Counted from the first letter of the whole stretch, positions 1 to 12,281 are shown. The stretch: DNA of 63,871 bases, filler included, from Octopus bimaculoides (GCF_001194135.2; 6 parts of 6 records of this genome joined end to end with filler, not necessarily neighbours in it), one strand, 5' to 3'. Notes: generated by a model not told the origin, from the sequence alone. Made by a program: numbers and translations.

Positions 1-29
1 TATATATATATGTATATATATCTGTATAT

Positions 30-278
30 ATATATAATTGTTAAAGAAGACAACAAATGTTAAGGCAAGACAAAACATCTCAAGTCATATACGTGATTAT
101 TATTCAAAAATTCAGTCTTGCAGCTGTTTTAGGATTTCCCAGAGGACGAGATATTCCGTCATCGGAGCTATCCCAGAAACAACTACAAGTCTTTGAAATT
201 TTCCTATAATAATAATGCATATAACTTGAGATATTTGTGTTGCCTTAACGTCTGTTGTTGTCTTTAACAATTATATAT
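30..278. repeat. Foldback (palindromic) element with ~100-bp arms, embedded in (TA)n
   Basis: Left arm aattgttaaagaagacaacaaatgttaaggcaagacaaaacatctcaagt is the imperfect reverse complement of acttgagatatttgtgttgccttaacgtctgttgttgtctttaacaatt; pairing continues inward to about 130/177. Confidence 0.8.
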
Positions 279-404
279 CTGCTATATCGGAAGTCTACAA
301 AGGCTCCATAGCTTCTGTCTCAGCTATATCCTTGAAGCCCTGGTAATCCGTTACATAACTTATTCAGCGTACCTAGTCGTTTAGATCACCTGTGAATTCA
401 TGTT

Positions 405-437
<33 letters not shown>

Positions 438-1229
438 NNNNNNNNNNATATATATATATATATATATATATATACATTCAAACACACATATACATATTTA
501 AGTGTAAGTATAAAGATGTTATTTTTTATTTCTATAAATGTATGTATATAGGCAACTCATGCACGCACTCACACATATCTAAGTATACATTGGTATACAT
601 AATTTGAAGTATAATCTAAATTCTACTGCAATAAGATGTAGATAACCATAGCATCTACAAAAAATCTTGCGTCCCGATCTGAAATAAAGAAAAAGTCATT
701 ACAAATCAAGTGAAATAAAGAGCATGGTCAAATATAAAACTGACATTGCCATTTAGATGAAAAATACATACAGATTACCGAAAATGAATATTTGAAGTGT
801 AAAATTATATAAGAATCAAAACAGACGTAATGAAACATTTTTAATATGCAAATGTAATTAATCGAACGTGTCTGATTATCAGGAAATATAGCCTTAGATT
901 TATTAGTTTCGCCTTCGATATCTTTCAACCAACAAGCAAAATTTACCTCATTGCATATTGGGGGACTGATTTCGAAGGTGATTTCACAATTATAATACAT
1001 TTTAAAGGAAAATCATTAACAATGATTAATATGAAATCCAGAATTTGTCACTCTGTAATATTTAAGTTTTATGTTAAACGACTTCAGTTCGGATTAGAAT
1101 TTCTATCGAATTTTGCTATGCAGTTCAGATCTGATCTCCGTGGATCTTAAAACGTATTTTGAGACCTCCATTAGACTTGTAGCACTTACGGCATACATAG
1201 TACTAAAAGGTGTGCACAGACACATAGGC

Positions 1230-1650
1230 CGGATAGTTAGTGAAGGTTCGTTTTTCATGGGTCCGCAAAGGAGATTTGTGCCCAGCAAAAGAAAGGTATG
1301 GTCTGTCATCAACTGTGCGCACAAAATCTTCCATTGTGATTCACCTTCTCGATGGTAACTTTCTTCTTTAAATGTGTCTTCAGTCTTGCATGCATTATCC
1401 CGGCTTCTTCAAGCGCTTTCACTCCACTCCACATTTCTGTTAGCCATCCGGCTCAATCCGAAGCAAGCGTTTCTGTATCTTCTGGATCCATTCCAAGTGA
1501 CTTCATGGTAGTCCTTATGCGGACCTTAAATATCTTTTTAGGTTTACACCGAAAGCGTTTCCCCTCTGCAAGGTTGTCATAAAACAGTTGTTTGGATGTA
1601 ACTTTCATCTGCCATTCGAACAATATGGCCGGACTCTCTCACTTGGTTTT
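1230..1650 (-). mobile_element. RTE-clade LINE, degenerate 3' coding fragment
   Basis: Frameshifted minus-strand translation SGHIVRMADE..KQLFYDNLAEGKRFRCKPKKIFKVRIRTTMKSLGMDPEDTETLASD matches the RTE C-terminal pattern (GHVVRM, KQLFY.EL..GKR). Confidence 0.7.
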
Positions 1651-1659
1651 TCAGAATCA

Positions 1660-3390
1660 TTGCTTTAATTGAAGTGATGCCTGTAGTTGCAGGGACATCT
1701 GTTTTTGGAGTAAAAGAACTCCATTTAATGTTTAAAATGGGATGAAGTTATTTTGGTGGAATTATTCTAACAATTTGAAATGAACACTCTGCCTCTTTCT
1801 GTGGCTTAAGGGCTCTAACTAGGATGCTCTTAATATTGGGTGCACAGCTAAGCGAAACTCTAACATTGTGCCTGTTGAAAATGGTCTCATATCTATGGGG
1901 TTAGTAAAATGATTATCTACTAATTTAAAGAATATTCTGCCCACGTGTTTTTGTGTTAAGAATGAAGGGTAGGGTAAACCAAATGGTATTTCTGCTACGC
2001 TTCCTTTTGCTGCTGTTGGGTTCCGGCATGTAGGAGATGTGGTCTCTAAATCCGCTGGTAGCATTGTCTCGTTATATTACGGGGCAGCTGCGTCGAAAAT
2101 CTCTTGGTTGGAAGAAATGTTCGTGGTCCTCTTACTAACACATTTTACCAGGTTTTTGGATACGATGGGTGGGTGGCAGAAGGCTGTGATGATGTACTTT
2201 AGCTTCTCGTTTGGTTTGCAGCAGGGCCTGTATTTACTGGAGCCCAAGTCGAGCGAAACGTCTAAGAAGTCCGCAGTTGTGAGGTTGGTCTTTATAGTGA
2301 TTTTCAAACCCGTGGAGGTAAGCGTGCTGCTTAGATCTTTCCTAAGATTTGTCTAGTGTATGTCCGTTTGTACCCATAGCGATGGCCAGGGCATCATCTC
2401 TGTAGAGGCCAAAGAGGACAGAGGGGAACTTTTTCCTAAGGGTATCGAGGATATACAACCTGATGAGGTCGCTTACGTTAATACTGTCGAAGGCTTCCAT
2501 CAAGACGTCAAAGGAGGCTGTAGTGTCAGATTGCTTGACACATGCCAAACCTTTGTTGAACAGCATTGTCTTTATGACATGCATAATGACTTATATGTTT
2601 CAGTGGCTAAGGTCAGTGAAGCCCCTAGCGAAGGAAAGCGCCTTGGACAGTAATCTTTTTGACACAGACGAGGAAAAGTTGACTTGCTCTGCCTCTTCCC
2701 TTGTTGATGTTAAACCATACGGTGTCTTTATTGGTTCTGAGCCACAGGGAAAGGCTGCTGGCCATTATTATGTCGTTATTGATATCTCTCAATATGTGCT
2801 TGTTCGACACCGATCTCGGAGTTGGCCGGATTGATCAGGTGACATTTAGGGTTTGAGGCAAAGTTCAGTTCACGATCTTTAATGGCTTGGATCTCTTCCC
2901 TATACGCTATCTCTAGTTCGTTAGTTATTATTTTTTTTGGGCTTCACTGTTGATGTCGTTATATGTGTATGGGAAAGCGCACCTGTAATTTTGTGGGATA
3001 TTATTTTCTATTAGTCTATGGTAATCAAGTGCGCCTATTCAATATGTTTTTAGTCTTATGAGAGAAGACTGGGGACCTATCTAAGTTTTTTAACAATCCT
3101 AATGTCCACCCGGAGATTGTATTGGAAGGAGAAAGAGGTCTTACAGAATTTCAGCTTGAGAATGATGCCAAGTAGGTCTGCTTTGAAAGGTTCGTGGTCC
3201 TTGATTTTGGGTGGGTGTTTCCTAGATCTGATTCCATGTTTACTGTACTCTAGGGATGGTACGATCAGGTGGTGGTCGAATGCTTTCCACTCCACACACC
3301 TAATCATGTCCATTATCTTTTCCAGCAGCATGAACGGGGTGGGTATATTCTTAGTGGAGCAGCCGAGGTCAAACCGTTCCATATTTTAGT
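1660..3390 (-). mobile_element. Penelope-like retroelement, degenerate reverse transcriptase region
   Basis: Minus-strand pieces in the expected order: FDLGCSTKNIPTP, DTVWFNINK, GLYRDDALA (RT catalytic), DFLDVSLDL, HPPIVSKNL, HVGRIFFKLVDNHF. Multiple stops and frameshifts. Confidence 0.85.
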
Positions 3391-3621
3391 GGAGTAGACG
3401 AGATTAAATCGTTACATATGTATGCGAGATTCGTGGTTTCTTCGGCTACTCCATTAAAAATGAGGACATCATAGAAAAGTCATGTAGAGTCAGAAAGATT
3501 AGCCGTCCTGCAGATATGAATAATCAGCAAGAAAGTGAATATCTCTACGGAAGCAGCAGCTCCTCTACTTTCATTATCAAAATCAAACTTATATCAATAA
3601 TGATTGGCGCTTATTGTTCTT

Positions 3622-3644
3622 TTAGTAAATGTCGGGGCAGCAAT
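3622..3644 (-). CDS. PAN-domain secreted protein, exon 5 (terminal, (D)CCPDIY*)
   Basis: Acceptor tttctctttttcctag; phase 1 matches exon 4; 73-nt intron; total CDS 705 nt = 235 codons. Confidence 0.5.
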
Positions 3645-3717
3645 CTAGGAAAAAGAGAAAAATAAACACTGACAAACATTAATTTTAGATTACACGAAAA
3701 CGAAATTTAATACTTAC

Positions 3718-3824
3718 CCTTGATGTTCTCTCTGTAAAAAATGCGATAATTGTTATTGTCTTCCCCCTTCTTTGCTCTCATTGCAGAATGATAATTATAT
3801 GGTCGGATGGTGATAGACTCGTCA
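3718..3824 (-). CDS. PAN-domain secreted protein, exon 4
   Basis: Acceptor tttgcag, donor G|GTAAGTA. The only open frame is phase 2, which is what exon 3 requires: DESITIRPYNYHSAMRAKKGEDNNNYRIFYRENIK. Confidence 0.7.
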
Positions 3825-4382
3825 CTGCAAATAATATATTACAACTAATGGATTCAATAACGTTCATCATAATGTAATACTTTACGACTGTATTTACAAC
3901 AATCAGTTCTGTTTAATGAGTTTATATTTCATCTTTGAAATTATTGAGTGTGTTTTCTTAGTTTGTTATTTATAACATAAAAAGTAAACATGAACTGTAA
4001 TTTGGATAAATCAGATTTAAAAAGGAGTGTCAGATGAGATTGAAACGAAAGTTTTAGGAAATGTAACTGATACGGATGAAAATAAAAATGGCTGCCAGAA
4101 GCAGTTTTGAATATGTGCATTGGCTGTAGATAAGAGCTTGCTTTTTACCAGTTTGAAGAACCGTAAATTCACTATCGTAACGGAAGAAGAGATAGACAGA
4201 GTAGAGACTGTGAGGTTATTGGTCATTAGTTGTACTAATGTGCACGTGTTTGTAGTATTTGAATGGACAAGACTGGCTATCATTCACCTTTCAGTTGTAA
4301 ATCCAACGGTATATTTCCCACTTAAAGCTACGGTTTCCTACTTCTTTCTGTAAACTGAAAAAAAATATTTATATACACATAA

Positions 4383-4810
4383 TCATGATGGAAGAGTACT
4401 CCAACTGGCACGGGAGCAGAATTGCATTTTAGACGCATGGCAGAAATATGTAGGGTTAGCGCATTGGAGGAGAGTGCCAGGCGCCTCGAAAACCTGTTCT
4501 GAGAGTGCCAAACGCCTCGAAAACCTGTTTTGACAGGTAACGACTAAGTTTTCTCGATGCACCTGCGTTGACGAGAAGCAAGCATTGCGGTTCATCCAAA
4601 TCGTACCTAGATGAATATTTGTTGGAGCAGCAGATAACGATAATATAGGATAATACAGTTCTATACTTAAGAGATGGGGAATTATGTTCATTATTTACAT
4701 TGTTTACGTTTGACGGATATTTGTCCTCATCTTGCTTGTTGTTAATACAACATTTCATCCTTCATCAGGTGTCTTGGGGGAAATTTCGAACCTGGATTCT
4801 CATTCCTAAG
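4383..4810 (-). mobile_element. Interspersed repeat with a Penelope pseudo-LTR-like end and an internal 31-bp tandem duplication
   Basis: gagagtgcc..cgcctcgaaaacctgtt occurs twice (4471-4532); eroded CTGATGAAGG..GAAATGTT on the minus strand at 4748-4768. Confidence 0.4.
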
Positions 4811-4824
4811 GTGTTTTTTATTGT

Positions 4825-4870
4825 TATGTTGTTATTATTATTATTATTATTATTGTTGTTGTTGTTGTTG

Positions 4871-4916
<46 letters not shown>

Positions 4917-4990
4917 GATTGTTATTATTATTATTATTATTATTGTTCAGTAGTTTTATTTTTATAACGTGCTTTCACTTCACTACCGAG

Positions 4991-5072
<82 letters not shown>
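4825..5072. repeat. (ATT/GTT)n microsatellites
   Basis: Directly visible trinucleotide runs. Confidence 0.95.
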
Positions 5073-5076
<4 letters not shown>

Positions 5077-5149
5077 TCCCTGACTGGAATCGAACTCGGA
5101 ATCTTGGGGTTAGTTGCCCGCGCTCTTAACCACTACGCCATATGCCCGT
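5073..5149 (-). mobile_element. tRNA-derived SINE head with (AAT)n tail
   Basis: A box TGGCGTAGTGG and B box GAGTTCGATTCC on the minus strand, no acceptor stem, followed by (AAT)n. Confidence 0.75.
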
Positions 5150-5688
5150 AGGATGTTCACATTTCAAAATGGCTGGTCACACAGATCATAAATTTGATGT
5201 CCGTTTGATCGACCTAGTGAATACTCGATTGCTGGCGAGCGAATGTCGTTTCTGGTGAACAAAACTAGAAGGACCCTATCAGTAAATATGCTAAGGAACA
5301 ACTGATGGGAAAAATTACCACTCATGTTCTTTAGTGAGCCCTTATGACTAATAATGAAAAAAATTATTATTAGAATTCTTATAATCATCATTGTCATTAT
5401 CATCGTCAATTAAAATGACTAAAGGCAGAATCGACAAGGTTGCAAATAATACGCCATTCTGGAGTTATTTTTGTTCATTAATATTTTGAGTGTGAATCTC
5501 ACCACAATCTATTCTGATATTTATTTTGCGGCTCGATAAATTAATACTCGTTAATTATTGAGATGGATGTATCATAGTTAACTGTGATGTATTTTCGAAA
5601 TATTTAAGTTTTTGCTCATATGAGAAATCGTAATTATTAGCATTGAGAAACCATAAATGTGAATAAAAAACAAGTGGTTAATATATAC

Positions 5689-5843
5689 TTATAATTAAAC
5701 TCGTAGTTTCCTCGGTAATTTCCGAACCACGGCGGCGATGAAATGAGTTTACTCTCCTGGAACCACGATATGTAATTTGTTCCTCTTCCATCGAAAATTA
5801 ATGAGTGAATGTCAGCATTATGTTTTCTCAACACAAGTTTCAC
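5689..5843 (-). CDS. PAN-domain secreted protein, exon 3
   Basis: Acceptor ttttgttttttgcag, donor AA|GTATAT; VKLVLRKHNADIHSLIFDGRGTNYISWFQESKLISSPPWFGNYRGNYEFNY; phase 0 to 2. Confidence 0.85.
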
Positions 5844-6289
5844 CTGCAAAAAACAAAATTAAATAAATTGAAGTAGAAACCTGAGAGAGAGAAAGAGTGA
5901 GAGAGAGAATATGTGTGTGTATGTGTGTGTGTGAGAGAGAGAGAGATAGAGAAGACGAGAATGTGAGAGAATGAGAAAGCAGGAGGTCGAGAGGGAGACA
6001 GAGAGGAAAGGGTATGCGGACAGAGAAAATGAGGAATGGGGAGCGAGAGATGATGATTGGGAGAAAGGAAATGAGGAAAAACAGTTGAGAGAAAGAAATG
6101 ATGAGGGTGAAATGGTGAGAGAAAAGTGTAGGGTGAGCTTAAAAAAAGATAGGATTCTGATGAAAGATGTACGTGGAACATTTTGTACGTTACAGGATAT
6201 AGAACAGGACGGTGAAGTAATATCAACTAAACATTAACTGTGTAAATTTCGTTGCATATGTAGGAGAGATACTTTATCTTAGTTCTTTA

Positions 6290-6780
6290 CTCTTTTACTC
6301 TATTACATGTTTCAGTCATTTGACTGTGGCCATGCTGGAGCACCGCCTTTAGTCGAGCAAATCGACCCCAGGACTTATTCTTTGTAAGCCTAGTACTTAT
6401 TCTATCGGTCTCTTTTGCCGAACCGCTACGTTACGAGGACATAAACACACCAGTATCGGTTGTCAAGCGATGTTGGGGGGGGGGGGNNNNNNNNNNTGCC
6501 GAACCGCTACGTTACGAGGACATAAACACACCAGTATCGGTTGTCAAGCGATGTTGGGGGGGGGGGACAAACATGGACACACAAACATGCACATACACAC
6601 ACATTCATATATATACATATATACGACGGCCTTCTTTCAGTTTCCGTCTACCAAATCCACTCATAAGGCTTTGATCGGCCCGAGGCTATAGTAGAAGACA
6701 CTTGCCCAAGGTGCCACATAGTGGAACTGAACCCGGAACCATGTGGTTCGTAAGCAAGCTACTTACCACATAGCCACAAC
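6290..6780 (-). mobile_element. tRNA-derived SINE of the most abundant family in this window
   Basis: Head ggctatgtggtaagtagcttgcttacgaaccacatggttccgggttcag and core gggcaagtgtcttctactatagcctcgggccga; homologous to the copies near 18.4, 21.7 and 37.2 kb. Confidence 0.85.
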
Positions 6781-6909
6781 CTTTAACAGATTAATGACAG
6801 ACGGGTATGAAAATAAAATATTGGGTAATTTTACTTGCAATGTCATTGCTTTCTACCTAGCAGAAGATTTAACTCTTCACTTATCTGATAACTTCAAAGC
6901 GGAGAACCG

Positions 6910-7890
6910 AGCAGATGGCATGGTTTCTACAGCTGGTTGTCCTAATGCCCTTCCTAACGCTAATCACTTTACAAAGTGTACAGGGTCCTGTTACGCAGTA
7001 TCGGTACGGTACGGGTGCTTTTTACGTTGCACCAGCACTTACGAGCCAGAAAGATTACAGATGCTCAGCTGGAGAAGGTTGCAATGAACGGGCATGCACA
7101 CAAGAACAACAACGTTTTTACTTACCTTGAAGTATCTTTTCAAGTATAGCAAACCATCAGGAGTCTCGGTCCCCCTGCTATCCCCTCTGTGACTCCCAAC
7201 GTTTGTAGATCCTTTCCCACCATTTCGTCCCACATCTTGGATCTAGCCCTCTAGAATTTGAGATCGGCATCTCTTGATGCAACACTCCTCATTCATACGC
7301 ATTACATTGCTATAGCGATACAGTCTTCTCTCTTGCGCACTACATTTGTTGTTATCTATATCTAGTTCCTCTCTCAAAACACTCACAATCTGTCGTATAT
7401 GCATACTAACATTATCCATCCTGCGAAGCATACTGGCTTCATTTCTTTCAAGCCTTCGCAGTAGTGATAGCCCATGATTTACTGCTATATAACATAGCTG
7501 TCCGTACATAGGCATCGTACAATCTGCCTCAATCTCTGAGGGAGAGCCTCAGAGGTGGTAGTTCTCTGAACTTCGCTCAGCCTATTCGTATTCTAGCAGT
7601 CATGCTTTCGGAACAAGCACACCTACTATTAATTTGGTCACTTAAGTAACAGAAACTGCCTACTCCTTCTACGGAACACTTTTGACATACGAGGGATTCT
7701 ATTTTTTGTACATTCCTGGTATTTAATATACTTGTACATCAGTCACATGTAAAGACTACTTTCTCCGCTTGTCGTCCAATGTTACAGCTGTACCTCTTAT
7801 GCTTCCATAGCTTGCACTGGGTACGCCTGATGGAGTTTCTCCGATACCTTTTCTACATATCAGACAGGGCTACCTCCATGAAGGTACCTG
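6910..7890 (-). mobile_element. RTE-clade LINE 3' fragment including 3' UTR
   Basis: Minus-strand C-x2-C zinc-finger-like stretch, then SMTARIRIG.AKFREL, LRRLERNEASMLRRMDNV and QERRL; the tail is shared with the copy at 46680-47600. Confidence 0.8.
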
Positions 7891-8109
7891 CGTTTTGTCT
7901 TTTATCCTACTTATCAATACGATAATAATGATGATGAGGATGATGTTAATAACAACAACAACAACAACANNNNNNNNNNNNNNNNNNNNNNNNNNNNNNN
8001 NNNNNNNNNNNNNNNNNNNNNNNNNNNNNNNNNNNNNNNNNNNNNNNNNNNNNNNNNNNNNNNNNNNNNACGTTATAAAAATAAAACTACTGAACAATAA
8101 TAATAATAA

Positions 8110-8672
8110 AATGCCCTGAAGCAGTCCCAGACAGTTGCTCTCATGGCTTCTGCTCTTAACTGACTGGAAGTGTTATCATCTACATTGTTTTGTCTTGGTA
8201 TAATAGATGGGCTACAGCAAATATTCTGCTTAATACCACAGATTTGCTTGGCAGTTGTTTGACCTTAACCAGTTGAGCATGTCCCTTGGTGGCTGACGAT
8301 ATGTGCATCTCTAATCACAAGCAGAAGTAGTGAGGGAGCATCATCGTCATGTGTTGAAAGGAATTCTTTGTGGTTTGGATAATTCACCTTTGGAAACATG
8401 GGTGTTTCGTTCAATATGCTTAAAACAAACCTTATTCAGGGACATTTTGAGCGGGATGGGCTACACGACGTGAAGAAAATTTTAACTGGGCTCCACCTGC
8501 AAGGGCATGTGCTGTTAATCGTTGTATGTGTTCATCATGTTCCACACGTTTATGGCTGTCAAGCATGTGTCTGGTGTATCCTTATCAGACGGGTAGTCAT
8601 GATGGGTATACTGGGCTTCGTATATTTTACCCCAGCATCACTTTGATGGCATGCACTACTCTCTCACTCGAT
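8110..8672 (-). repeat. Interspersed repeat of ~560 bp (family A, copy 1)
   Basis: Collinear homology with 59185-59583 (ctctcatggctt, aataccacagatt, gtgttgaaaggaattctttg, ctctctcactc). Confidence 0.8.
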
Positions 8673-8697
8673 AATGATGATGATGATGATGATGATG

Positions 8698-8767
<70 letters not shown>

Positions 8768-9520
8768 GGGGACGTTTAACAGAGAGCACCGAGGACGTTT
8801 AACAGAAAACACCGGGGACGTTTAACAAGTGAAAGCGATAAAACACTGCTCCGAAATTTATCCAAAAACATCGGAACTAAAAACAGCACATGCAGACAGA
8901 AATTTAGCTGACAATGGGTTGGACTATATCCGATTAAGATAAATAAAAATAGAACAATTAAAAGGAAAAATACATCAGTAAAATCTAGATAGTAGCCACA
9001 CAACAATGCCAAATAATATAAACACTGAGATAGTAAAACACGAAGACAAACGTACCATTTCCAACAAAAACGAAGTAAACAAAAAGCAACAATCCCAGAC
9101 CGGAGGGATGTATAATAATGTACAAAAAGCACCAATCCAGAACACCACAGACAAACATGAATGAAAAGGAAGGCGAAACAAATCTAAAATCTGGAAACAG
9201 TGTAGGGGAACCTAATGATTATGATACTATAAAAATGAGAATAATCAAAGAACTGAAAACCACAGATCTTAGAATGGATCACAGATTATACCTCCCAAAA
9301 ATCAAAATAGACAACATCAATAAGGAATAGCATAAACCTGGCTGTCATGGAACTAACAGCCACAGAAACAACTGGTAATATCACTGAGCTAAATAACATA
9401 ATATATGCAGCAGCCACTGCAGCCACAAAAGAAGCAAGATACTCCCTCAAACCCATCCAAACAGGAGTACCACCACCCAAACAAACCTTGTGGATAAATA
9501 ATATCCAAAACAAAATTGCA
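8768..9520 (+). mobile_element. R4/Dong-clade non-LTR retrotransposon, degenerate 5' part
   Basis: KMRIIKELKTT, HRLYLPKIKID, ITELNNIIYAAATAAT and LWINNIQNKI resemble R4-clade N-termini; starts immediately after (AAT)n. Confidence 0.6.
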
Positions 9521-10021
9521 AACTTGCCAATTCACTACCCTTCATCAGTACCTGATTGGTACTTTATTACATTGACTCTCGGAGGAAGAATTATAAAGTT
9601 GGATGACACGGGCGGTATTTGAACCCTGAACATAAAATTTCGGTTGAAATACTGGATGACAATTGTCTCATGGTCTAACGATTTTAAATCACATACATTG
9701 TTGTTTTCCTTTAACCCTAACTATCCATCGTGGGAGGTGACATAAGATGGAAAATGTTCCAGCCTGTAGTTTCTCAAGATATTGTTTCTCAGAAAACAAT
9801 AACCAGTAGTTAGGTAATTTCTAATTTGTAGTAGATTTGGCTGTTATTTCCTGCAAATCAAACGATTACAAAGAGGTTCTCTCGTTAGTTGAACTTTTTA
9901 GTTTGTAGGCACTAACGAGTAGCTAACTTTAAGTTTTCTCGCTAAAAGAAATAGCCAAACATAAATATTTATGCGTGTGTGTGTGTGTGTGTATGTATAT
10001 ATGTGTTTGGTTTAGCATGTA

Positions 10022-10066
<45 letters not shown>

Positions 10067-10068
10067 TT

Positions 10069-10115
<47 letters not shown>

Positions 10116-10418
10116 TTGTGTGTGTGTTCGTGTGTGTGTTTGTGTGTGTGTGCTTTTGTATCATTGTATCAGGGCTGAAACACCTGATATAGAGTGGCAT
10201 ATATGAAAATAAGACAGGAACGAAAGTGGCACATATTTGACAACATAGTTTAAACAGCAATGGCAGCACCAACAATACCAAGAAAATAAATTACCATTGC
10301 ATTAATGAAAAAAAAAATAAAAGCAAGAAATAACGTCGTCCACGACATAACAGACTGACAACTATGTAATACTGTTTATCAAATGACAATCGTTTTGAAA
10401 ATTGAAAATGTATTTTAC

Positions 10419-10510
10419 CTTTTCAATTGGCAAACTCTCCCAGTATTTATAAATAGGACTTCTTTTGAAAGACTTTTCGTTAATCTCAAATACTTTTTGC
10501 CAGCTTGTAC
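10419..10510 (-). CDS. PAN-domain secreted protein, exon 2
   Basis: Acceptor atgcag, donor AAG|GTAAAA; (G)TSWQKVFEINEKSFKRSPIYKYWESLPIEK; phase 1 to 0 links exons 1 and 3. Confidence 0.85.
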
Positions 10511-12281
10511 CTGCATAGATCATAAATAAGTTGAATAATTTAGCTGCAGTGGTATACATAATTCGCTATAGTTATTTAAGAGGGCTGGTGTCGTTTGGCC
10601 TGGAGGCGGAAATATCACATACATAAAATATACAGTTCACACAATCTTATTAGCAGAATTGGAGAGGTAACTTCGGAGATCACAGGCTGTCGTAGTCGGA
10701 AAGTGAGAGGGAGGGTCAGTTGATAAATTACAAGAAGACAAAGTGTATGGCGGCTCATCGTTAAACTACTTTGGGACTGTGATAACAGAAGATACAAGAT
10801 ATATGAATGAGATCGAAAGACGAACAGTGCTGGTAAAATTTGGAACTGTTTCAGAAAGCATAGAACATAATTGTGGCAGGACATGATCGTTTATGTTGTA
10901 CATTCGCCAGACACTTCCTTGAAGAAGAGGAATACACTTCTTTGAAGAAGAGGAATAAATTTCCTTGAAGAAGTGTATGAAATATTGTCATTGTTTAAAT
11001 TTTGTAAAAAATACATATATGTTTTAATTCTTACACTTTTGAAGATTTTATCCTTGTAGGAAGGGATTAATTCAATGTTACACTTCTGTATTCGTGATCT
11101 AATGAAAAATATGTGATAAGATTCATCGACTACCAAACTAATTTTGCTCTAACAAGGGCAGGTAGTTCCTCCTGCCTTACGGTGGATGCATTGGCTATTT
11201 TTGCATTTTAAAAAAAATGTATTAGCCATGGCTTTACTGTTCATATGATCAGATTCTCTTCTTACTGTATAGCTGTAATATTCTCATAACTCTTCTTGTC
11301 AGCTCTTCTTATATTATATAGCTCATTTATTTCTTGATTCTATAATAAAATTAGTATTGCATTAATATTCACTATCATATAGGAAATGATTTTTCATAAT
11401 CAATTTTCGCACTTTCTTTTTTTTGGTGCGTTCGTATTATGCACTTTGTTTCAATATGAAAATTTTATATACATTAAAGATGTAGGTTCTTATATTTTTT
11501 ACAATTATAAATACATTTCTCATTATCCTAAAAACTTATTAATTTTAAAGTAAATAGACATACAGGTAGGTTTCATTTAATTGACACAAAAGAAGCAGTC
11601 ATTTATTTCTACTAAATATCGCTTGCATGTTTTATCTTTCAATGGGCAGACCAGGAAGTTCCTAGCAATGCTGTTCAGAAAAAGCAAAAGGGCAGATACC
11701 TCCCCGTGCCTTACGATGGATGCATTCACTATTTTCACATTTTTCAAATCATTTTTATATTAGCCGATGCAACGAAACCCTGTCCAGATAACTTTTTCTT
11801 ATTATTATGAATTAAGACAAAAATGTGAAAATTAAAATAAAACACAATAAAATATTCTTATTTTAATTCAATCATCAACAATGAAATATAATTCAAATAT
11901 TTTTTTAACAAAAGAATATTTATTAGTTTTATTGCATTGCCTGGAAAAAAGTTTATTACAATGAAAAATGCGGATGTATGCATGTCAGTATTCTTAAGTA
12001 TTTACTCTTGGAAACGTACAGACCAGTAGTATTTGCCTAATTCGTCAACTCTGAAGGAAACTAAAATGTACTTAAAATTAATATTCTACTGTACTTAAAA
12101 TATTGCAACCGAAAATAACATTTATAAAGTTAAAATACATTATATTAGGTAAATTTGAGATACTTTATTTTATTTATTATGAGAATCTAAAAAAAAAACA
12201 CATCTTTTAAAACATTGTAAAAAAAATCCAAAATAAATTCAAACAGAAAAGTTTTTTAAAATCATATATTTTCAAATCATT

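Noticed and set aside
728-1000. 90-aa minus-strand ORF as a further exon of the PAN gene or the Penelope endonuclease
   Set aside because: In-frame stops follow the nearest acceptor, and there is no GIY-YIG or other recognisable motif.
5073-5149. tRNA-like sequences (also 19620-19705, 31548-31620)
   Set aside because: A and B boxes present but no acceptor stem or cloverleaf; these are SINE heads, not tRNA genes.
6417-6566. 70-bp direct duplication around a 10-N gap
   Set aside because: Overlapping contig ends left unmerged; assembly artefact.
8768-8829. 23-bp repeats as a possible CRISPR-like array
   Set aside because: The units abut with no unique spacers, there are no cas genes, and the context is eukaryotic.
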